This document shows positions 55,105 to 64,000 of a stretch of 64,000 bases of DNA, piece by piece; position 1 is the stretch's first letter; the number at the start of each line of letters is the position of its first letter. Source of the DNA: Eledone cirrhosa (taxonomy: Eukaryota); assembly GCA_964016885.1 (NCBI GenBank), contig OZ024741.1, positions 346,952,001-347,016,000 of the forward strand. Direction: 5' to 3'. A program made the translations under genes and the position numbers. The notes below the pieces were generated by a model. It saw only the letters and a list, made by a program, of their open reading frames with translations. It had not been told where the DNA came from and searched no databases.

Positions 55105-55280
55105 TACTTTTGGTACAAGGCCAGCAATTACCCAATACATTACTGGTACTTTATTTTATCGACCCCGTAAGGATGAAAGGTAAAGTTAACCTCGGCGAGA
55201 CTTGAACTCAGTCCGTAAAAGGGCGTACCTCTATGCTGGAACGCATGACGTCCGACCCTCTACCGATACTGCCAATTCAC
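55105..55280 (-). mobile_element. SINE copy (4419 family)
   Basis: Full-length reverse match. Confidence 0.8.
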
Positions 55281-56129
55281 TGTAATAACGATAGCGCAGC
55301 AGGAAATTCTCTATTCGAATATATCATTGCATATAAGATGATGAAGATACGATTTATCCGAATAGCGTACAATTCAAGGTAATTAAAGTTAAAGGAAATA
55401 ATCTCAGATTCGGTGAGACGTTATATATAAATATGACGACACACAAAGAAACACACATGCTCACGCACATATCATAACACAAATATTTGTTTGTTACACG
55501 TATTTCAATAACACCGGTGTGGAGCAGTTTTGCAATCAATACAACAGCCATAGTGTGACATCATCACGTGTTAACACAATTATATGAGTGAGTTGATATG
55601 TTGGCACAATCCAGTGTTTTTTCATTACGCTCACTTGCGGTATGTATTGTTTCATTGGTTGATTCTGTGAAATCTAGGGTGTGTTGTTTAATCTAAATGT
55701 TGACTAATAATATATGTAGTCTAATTCCAGAGTTCATAGTCAACGTGCTTTTATTGTAATCATATAAATCAGATATTTTATTCCTAGCTTAAAATTACTT
55801 GAAAAAATAATAATATTAATTTTATATTCACTCGAGCATAACAAAATGAAAGTAGCTTTGCAAAAGACATAACGTGTCCTCTCGATTATTATTGTCCCCG
55901 TAGCATTTAGACACACCATGTTCTTCCTTATTCATAAGTCGCCATCATTTCTTTATGTTAACCAAATATTTATTGTTCAAGTCTAGATTTAACATTCATT
56001 GTGCTCATTTAATTGCCATGATATCAACCATATCAACTTCGGTGCCGTTCTTATGAGCGACAACAATGACAAAATGCTTTCCATGCTAATGCGAACAATG
56101 CAAATAACAAAACAATAACAATACTTTCA

Positions 56130-56575
56130 ATAATTGTTTCTAATTTAGGCACAAGGCCAGCAATTCCCCAGTGCATTTTCAATAATGATAATTAATACAA
56201 TAATAAATATGATTAAATGAAAAAAAAACAATAATAATTGTTTCTACTTTTTGGCACAAGGCCAGCAATTACCCAGTGCATTACTAGTACTTTATTTTAT
56301 CGACCCCGTAAGGATGAAAGGCAAAGTTAACCTCGGCAGGATTTGAACTCATATATTAAAGGGCTGCAACTCTATGCTGCAAAGCATAACAATAATAATA
56401 ATTTCTGATTAGGGAAAATGGCCAGCAATCTTGGGTGGAGGGGGGTGAAAGTCGATTAAATCGACCCCAGTGTGTGACTGGTACTTTATTTTATCGACCC
56501 CGTAATGATGAAAGACAAAGCTATCATCGGCGTGATTTGAACACAGAGCGTAATTAAATACTGCAAAGCATTTTG
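56130..56575 (-). mobile_element. Cluster of SINE copies and fragments
   Basis: Three partial or complete reverse matches (about 56130-56180, 56235-56385, 56400-56575). Confidence 0.75.
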
Positions 56576-56807
56576 TTTGAAGGTTATCACAGGAATATAT
56601 TGAACTTTTATTCTAAATATTTATAGATTAAAATATCATATAGTCTAAAAAAAAAATCTTGCATTTTCCGAAGCTCCGTTATTGTTGCATTTTTATAATC
56701 TCCAGCCATTTACACGCTACGTGCAGGAGCAGGAATTTCCGTTGAATGACTCAGCACACACTCAGACATAGCCAGCTGCATGCCATACAAATAAACACGC
56801 ACACACT

Positions 56808-56913
<106 letters not shown>

Positions 56914-56947
56914 TATATTTATATATATATACATATATATATATACA

Positions 56948-57100
56948 TACATGGACACACTAGAAGAGGAAGACCAAGGTTAACGTATGTTGATGCCCTA
57001 AGGACAGACACTGGTCTGTTGGAGACGCAGGACATGGCAGCTGGAGAGAACTCGTCCATAGATCTCGGGAATTTGACCCGTCTTAGAATAGAATATATAT
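56948..57100 (+). mobile_element. RTE-type LINE extreme 3' end in (TA)n
   Basis: [23 protein letters not shown]. Confidence 0.6.
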
Positions 57101-57117
57101 AAATATATATATATATT

Positions 57118-57164
<47 letters not shown>

Positions 57165-57244
57165 ACTCCTTCAACTATTCTTCTAACAACTTCACCCCTT
57201 CCTCCTAATATTCTCTATAAAAACTAAATAGGTCCTCAGTAATA

Positions 57245-57361
57245 TTATTCTGATGAAATGACAGTAAACAATAACATTGAAATATTGAATGTCTGCATAA
57301 CTAAAAGTTTGTAGATAGCTGTTTTAGGTTATGTAACTGTTATAGAAACACGTGTCAATAA
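57245..57361 (+). ncRNA. Type I hammerhead with 88-nt branched stem II, intact core
   Basis: ttatt CTGATGA a-atgacagt..[acatt/aatgt][gcataac-taaaa/tttta-gttatgt]..actgttat-a GAAA cacgtg TC aataa. Confidence 0.85.
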
Positions 57362-57395
57362 ATTCCTTTCAACTAAACTGTATCCATTCAAATCT

Positions 57396-57495
<100 letters not shown>

Positions 57496-57716
57496 AATAT
57501 ATATATATATTTCGTTTCTGAATTTGTTTAGCAAGATTCTCTGTCTGAAATCGTGTGTTGAAACCGATATTGTTATACTTTGGGAGGGTCATGTTGCCAA
57601 TAAGAAACACACGCACGACATGCTTTCACTTCACTTGATTGTATATTTATAAATTTACAAATTTATAAATTTCTGGTTGGTTGGTTAGTTCCACAACCAA
57701 ATAGTTGTTTATATAT

Positions 57717-57761
57717 AGTCATAGTCCTTTCGTCACACACTCTGTGACTTCTTCAGTGACT
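57717..57761 (-). ncRNA. Minimal type I hammerhead, intact core
   Basis: agtca CTGAAGA a-gtcaca-gagtg-tgtgac GAAA ggac TA tgact. Confidence 0.8.
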
Positions 57762-59101
57762 GGGGATTCCTTTCTTTGTTTCTGTGCCTCTCCTTTGTTC
57801 TGTCCTACGCCATTTTGTTTCTGTGTGTGTGTGTGTTGTGTGCTCAGTTTGCGCATGCGCCACATCCGGGTGTCTGTGTGTGTTTATGTTCATTTATCTA
57901 TTTGTTTATTTATTTATTTATTTATTTATTTACATGTTATTGGTTGGTTGTTTGTTCTATGTGTGTGTGTGTTTTCATTTTGTCCTTAATTGTAAGTTGT
58001 GATGTTGCAGTTCCACTCATATTTTCTATTTAATTTTGGTTGTAACTCTTTTATGTTTATTGCCTCTGTAATTTGTCTAAACATTGCATCTTTTCTGTGT
58101 GTAGATTCTATTTTTATTTCTATGTTCTCTAATTTATCCTTGTGTTCTATCTTAGCATGTTGGTAGAGTACAGATGATTCTTTATTATCTTGAAGGTCTC
58201 GCCAGTGTTCATTTATCCGTTCCCCTATACTACGAGCTGTCTCACCTATTTACACTATATTTTTGTTTCTACATTGTCCTTCAGTACATCTTATGCTATA
58301 CACTACATTTCTAGTTTTACAGTTAATATGGGGGCTTATTTTACAGGTTATACATTTCTTATCTATACATGAGGGTCTTTGAAAAGGGTATGTCTTGCTA
58401 ATAAGTGTTTTTTACGGAGGTACCTGGTCTTTCTACTATCTTAATATTGAGTTTATGTTTATTTAGGGCCCTTCTAAATTTGTAGGCTAGTTCGCCTCTA
58501 GGGGTTGTATCGATGAACATTACACTCTGGTATTTATTGCTATCATACCATGAGTTTATTCTATTAGCCTTGTTCCTAGTTCTTTCTATTCTATTCCAAA
58601 ATTTTCTCCTATACAAGGGGCAGGTCCCATTTATGTCATTATTTACCATTTTTTCCCATTTGGTTCTGGCTCCTCTATACACTCTGATTCTATCTCTCGG
58701 ATTGTAGCCAGAGAACTGCATACGGTGAATGGAGTGTTGTATGTGTCTCTCTAGTTATTCGGGGTTGCACATGCGGGACACATTTCTCATCACCCGTACC
58801 AAATCCGCAATCAGTATGTTGATTTTGGTATGGTCCGAAATGGCCGAGTTTCGGTGGATCAGATGTTTGGAAGTCATAGGTTTGTCATAATGGGAATGGA
58901 GGATTTGTTTTTGGTTGTTAATCGTATCTAAATGGTATCTAAATGGTATCTAAATAAATAAACAAATAGATAAATGAACATAAACACACACAGACACCCG
59001 GATGTGGCGCATGCGCAAACTGAGCACACAACACACACACATAAACAAAATGGCGTAGGACAGAACAAAGGAGAGGCACAGAAACAAAGAAAGGAATCCC
59101 C

Positions 59102-59146
59102 AGTCACTGAAGAGGTCACAGAGTGTGTGACGAAAGGACTATGACT
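59102..59146 (+). ncRNA. Minimal type I hammerhead, intact core
   Basis: agtca CTGAAGA g-gtcaca-gagtg-tgtgac GAAA ggac TA tgact. Confidence 0.8.
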
Positions 59147-59288
59147 ATATATAAACAACTATCTGGTTGTGGAACCAACCAACCAACCAGAAATTTATAA
59201 ATTTGTAAATTTATAAATATATAATAAATTGAAGTGAAAGCAACTGGTGCGTGTGTTTTTTATTGGCAACATGACCCTCCCAAAGTAT

Positions 59289-59375
<87 letters not shown>

Positions 59376-59442
59376 AATATATATATATATATATATATAC
59401 ATATATGTATAGAGCATATATATATATATATATATATGTATA

Positions 59443-59595
<153 letters not shown>

Positions 59596-59598
59596 GTA

Positions 59599-60556
59599 CA
59601 ATACATTAACAGAGAAAGCTTTAAGCTATACTCTGACTGGCTTCCATCTCACTAAACAGACATTAGGATAAACCTTAGTATAATCCCAATTTTACGTTTG
59701 GGGTGCTAACTATATGTATTTTGCGGAAAGCCAGTTGTATTATTTTATATGAGACATAATTAAAATATATCTCGCTTTCCAAACAATTGCTTCATTATGA
59801 GTTTTCTACAAGTTGGGAGAATGTGTCCGGGTTATGTAGAAGCCTGCACACATTCCGTAGGAATATATGCAGGTGGGCACTTATAAATCATCAGTGGATA
59901 CCCGTCAAGCATCGATATAAAAAAAACTCTCTTACCGATGTCTAATCCCATGTCAGCGTTGGTCTCTCTCCGTATCAGAATGACCGCCAAATTTGAAATT
60001 CCAGCAGTCTCACTATGAGAAATCTCACACTGTCATCAAGCGGAAAGGGGAGGTCATCGCGAAACACAAGGAAGTAAAATAATATACACGCGGGTCAATT
60101 AATTTTTTCAACAATTTTAACCTTGCGTGTGAAGAACTCAATTAGATTTAAAAAAATAAATATATGCATGTATTATTTATACACGCATATAGGTATTTTC
60201 TTAGGCTAAAAATGATACCTGAATAACAATCAATATTTCATGGTAATAATAAATACGGTAAGTTACGCTTAAAAGGTATCTGGAAATATTCATCTCAGGC
60301 CAAATCAAGAGTATAATATTCAATAAATTAACAGAGAAAGCTTTAAGCTATACTCTGACTGGCTTCCATCTCACTCAACAAACATTAGGATATACCTTAG
60401 TATAATCCCAATTTTATGTTTGGGGTGCTAACTCTATGTATTTTGCGGAAAGCCAGTTGTATTATTTTATATGAGACATAATTAAAATATATCTCGCTTT
60501 CCAAACAATTGTTTCATTATAAGTTTTCTACAAGTTGGGAGAACGTGTCCGGGTTA
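59599..60556 (-). mobile_element. Non-coding 722-bp-period partial tandem with hammerhead (retrozyme-like unit A)
   Basis: 59605-59834 is repeated at 60327-60556. HHR at 59778-59898; (TA)n on both sides. Confidence 0.75.
59778..59898 (-). ncRNA. Hammerhead with large branched stem II (GAAG in this copy, GAAA in the partial copy at 60500)
   Basis: tcca CTGATGA t-ttataagt..cctgcatatattcc-tac-ggaatgtgtgcagg..ttctaca/tgtagaa..act(c/t)ataa-t GAA(G/A) caattg TT tgga. Confidence 0.75.
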
Positions 60557-60601
60557 ATGTTTACATATATATATAAATATATATATATATGTATATATAT
60601 A

Positions 60602-60670
<69 letters not shown>

Positions 60671-60924
60671 TATAAGATCAGTTTTTCAACAGGCTTTTCG
60701 TTCTGCCTAGGACCGGAGTGATAAGCTATATGTTGCTGTTACATGCGGCCTATCGTATCTATAGCTGTCACGTGTTAATTCCGGCAAGGGAAATAACTCC
60801 GATATTTGACGGCCATTCAAAACAAAATGATCTTATATTATGTATACTCCAGTCCTACAAACTGTAGAGTGCTTCTTATCCGATATCTGCATTGCTTTAT
60901 TGTACTACAATAAAACTCACCTCC

Positions 60925-60966
<42 letters not shown>

Positions 60967-61081
60967 TGTGGGTGTGTGGGTGTGTAGGTGTGTGCGTGTT
61001 TATTTGTATGGCATGCAGCTGGCTATGTGTGAGTGTGTGCTGAGTCATTCAACGGAATTTCGTGCTCCTGAACGTAGCGTG

Positions 61082-61130
<49 letters not shown>

Positions 61131-61308
61131 GGAAACCAGTAAAATCAAATCTCTGGCGGTTTGCAAGTAAATTCGGCCTAATTACATGAAATGATGAGTT
61201 AGCAAAGCACTCGATGACATAGGGCCAAATCGAACATTGTAGTAGGCGAATCTAACACACAATATATTCCAAAGTAACGATAGAACTAATCAGGTTGAGA
61301 AAAGTATA

Positions 61309-61433
61309 CCTGGACAAATCAAACGATTAATCGTTTAAAGTGTTTCTTTGAATCCGAAATCAAATATCAGACTTACGTGACTGGCAATCTCGTGGTATTC
61401 ATGATCGAACGGAGGATTCAGTTTTTCAACAGG
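61309..61433 (-). ncRNA. U3-A8 hammerhead with long stem II and 16-nt palindromic loop III
   Basis: cctg TTGAAAA ac-tgaatcc...ggattca-aa GAAA ca-cttt-aaacgattaatcgttt-gatt-tg TC cagg. Confidence 0.8.
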
Positions 61434-61926
61434 CTTTTCGTTCTGCCTAGGACCGGAGTGATAAGCTATATGTTGCTGTTACATGCGGCCTATCGTATCT
61501 ATAGCTGTCACGTGTTAATTCCGGCAAGGGAAATAACTCCCGGTTTTTGGCGGCCATTCAACATGTTAGACAAAGGAAATATTTTAATTTCCGCTAACCA
61601 TCAAGATAAGCTCTCAACTAGATGTTATAAAACAAACACAAATAATTAACCAATCAACAGAATTGTCTAATTAAATTAATTAGTTAATGATTAAATCTAG
61701 GAGAATAATATAATTGGAAATCAGTAAAATCGAATCACTGACGGTTTGCAAATGAATTTGGCCTACTTATATAAAATGATGAGTTAGCAACGCACTCGAT
61801 AAGATAGGGCCTTAGAGTAATAACATACGTTTAAATAGCTTGATAAATCGAACATTGTGGTAGGCGAATCTTACACACAATATATACCAAAGTAACGATA
61901 GAACTAATCAGGTTGAGAAAAGTACA

Positions 61927-62051
61927 CCTGGACAAATCAAACGATTAATCGTTTAAAGTGTTTCTTTGAATCCGAAATCAAATATCAGACTTACGTGACA
62001 GGCAAGCTCGTGGTATTCAATATCGAACGGAGGATTCAGTTTTTCAACAGG
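61927..62051 (-). ncRNA. Second copy of the unit-B hammerhead
   Basis: Same core and stems as 61309-61433. Confidence 0.8.
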
Positions 62052-62523
62052 TTTTTCGTTCTGCCTAGGACCGGAGTGATAGGCTATATATGTTGCTGCT
62101 ACATGCGGCCTATCGTATCTATAGCTGTCACGTGTTAATATATATATAATATAATTATATATATATAAGAAATATATATATAATATAATTATATATATAA
62201 TATATATATAATATAATTATATATATATAAGAAAGTAAGTCCATAGATTCATTTGATGAAATATATACAGTATTTCTCCTCCCAATCAGCATAATTAACC
62301 ACACAGAAAACCAATTAAACGAGGCTATAAGTTTAAAATGTACCTATGAAGAAACAATAGATAAATAAATGATAGCTATTTTATCCGCGATCAACAGCCA
62401 CAGAAGATTTACCTAGTATTTCTAATAGCCCGAAGAAATTGATTAGACATATAGCCAACCATACAGGATTAGGTATAAAATCAAAGTTAGAATAAAAAAT
62501 GTACATAAACATACCAAAATTAT

Positions 62524-62605
62524 GTTTCTACCCCAGAGGTTTCATTCGCCTTTTGGAAATATCCGATTATGGATAAATTCACGAGTTTCGAAATCATCAG
62601 GAAAC
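62524..62605 (-). ncRNA. Type I hammerhead, intact core, extended stem II
   Basis: gtttc CTGATGA t-ttcg..tatcc/ggata..cgaa-t GAAA cctc-t-gggg TA gaaac. Confidence 0.82.
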
Positions 62606-63179
62606 GAACTCAATTGAACAAAGATTTTTCTTAAATGATCCCCGCCAGAAACGAGTTCAAAATGGTTAAGAATTGTCAGATGGCCAGTTGTCAAGTCAGA
62701 AAGCTTGTGATTGGTGCCTGACGGCGAGAAGGCTGGTTGCTAAGAAGCGCAGCCGAATACTGCCTACATTTTTACTCAACTATACGGGAGTATATAAAAT
62801 ATATAGGTTTAAATATACATAAACTAGAAAGAGCCATAGATATATATATGTGTTTTTGGCAACCATTCACGGTGTGGTTCAATGACGAATTAATTAATTA
62901 AATAATCAACAATGAGAGCATTATATAAGAAAGTAAGTCAATAGAATCTTTTCATAAAACCTACATAATTGATAAAACCTATATATTTTATATACTCCAG
63001 TATAGTTGAGTAAATATTTAGGCTGTATTCGGCTGCGCTTTCTAGCAACCAGCCTATTCGCCCTCAGGCACCAATCACAAGCTTTCTGGCTTGACCACTG
63101 GCCATGTGACAATTCTTAGCCATTTTGAACACATTTCTGGCGGAGATCATTTAAGAAAAATCTTTGTCCAATTGAGTTC

Positions 63180-63262
63180 GTTTCCTGATGATTTCGAAAC
63201 TCGTGAATTTATCCATGATCGGATATTTCCAAAAGGCGAATGAAACCTCTTGGGGTAGAAAC
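63180..63262 (+). ncRNA. Type I hammerhead, intact core, extended stem II
   Basis: gtttc CTGATGA t-ttcg..tatcc/ggata..cgaa-t GAAA cctc-tt-gggg TA gaaac. Confidence 0.82.
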
Positions 63263-63668
63263 ATAATTTTGGTATGTTTATGTACATTTTTTCTTCTAAC
63301 TTTGATTTTGTACCTAATTCTGTATGGTTGGCTATATGTCTAATCAATTTCTACGGGCTATTAGAGATAATAGGTAAATCTTCTGTGGCTGTTGATCGCA
63401 GATAAAATAGCTATCATTTATTTATCTATTGTTTCTTCATAGGTACATGTTAAACTTATAGCCTCGTTTAATTGTTTTTTTTATGTTGTTAATTATGCTG
63501 ATTTGGAGGAGAAATACTGTATATATTTTATCAAATGATTCTATGGACTTACTTTCTTATATATTGCTCTGATTGTTGATTATTTAATTAATTCGTCATT
63601 GAGCCACACTGAATGTTTGCCAAAAACACTCATATATATATATATATGGCTCTGTCTATGTAGACCTA

Positions 63669-63717
<49 letters not shown>

Positions 63718-63727
63718 TTTGTGATAC

Positions 63728-63791
<64 letters not shown>

Positions 63792-64000
63792 CTCGCACAC
63801 CTCCTCTTGTTATATATATATATATATATATATATATAAGTAGTAACACAACAGTTAGTTCACCATAGCGAGAGTAATATAATTGTTACTCTTGTGCGAT
63901 TCTTTAGATCGGACGGGTAATGGGTATACCGAACAGAAAAGGGGGAAACGACCGTATGAACGCGCATGCGCAGGGACTGTTACTTCTTGCAAGCGATAAA

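Larger units (their letters stand above)
57509..59295 (-). mobile_element. 5'-truncated Nematis-like PLE with inverted pLTR (58950-59295), in (TA)n
   Basis: MQFSGY..CPLYR..SVMFIDTTPRGELA..KIVERPG and a GIY-YIG at about 57990-58310; same family as 45070-46365. Confidence 0.88.
61126..62138 (-). mobile_element. Non-coding ~618-bp tandem with hammerheads (retrozyme-like unit B); partial copy at 60678-60800
   Basis: HHRs at 61309-61433 and 61927-62051, 618 bp apart; (TA)n flanks. Confidence 0.8.
62227..63680. mobile_element. Two head-to-head, differently permuted ~690-bp hammerhead units (retrozyme-like unit C); partial copy at 22920-23190
   Basis: Left copy: gaaagtaagtc recurs at 62231 and 62929. 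Right copy: acctatatattttatat recurs at 62977 and 63664. Confidence 0.8.

Overview
AT-rich, microsatellite-saturated eukaryotic (animal) DNA with no recognisable intact host gene. The tRNA/CORE-type SINEs and (TA)n/(CA)n density suggest an octopus/cephalopod genome (inference). The window is dominated by Penelope-like retroelements (PLEs, RT + GIY-YIG): three Naiad-like copies, plus Neptune-, Poseidon- and Nematis-like copies. Most are inserted into (TA)n arrays, and most carry an inverted (fold-back) duplication, from about 25 bp up to a 4.3-kb near-perfect palindrome. Manual folding finds about 12 type I hammerhead ribozymes (HHRs) with intact cores and about 15 degenerate ones. Many have the U3-A8 core variant (UUGANAA), a palindromic loop III and/or a large branched stem II. 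The most striking feature is a cluster at 59.6-63.7 kb of three unrelated, non-coding, terminally redundant or circularly permuted 0.62-0.72 kb HHR units that look like large retrozyme (circular RNA) integrants. Helitron, mariner, RTE, R4/Dong-like and SINE remnants fill the rest. All folds and alignments were done by eye, and element boundaries are approximate.
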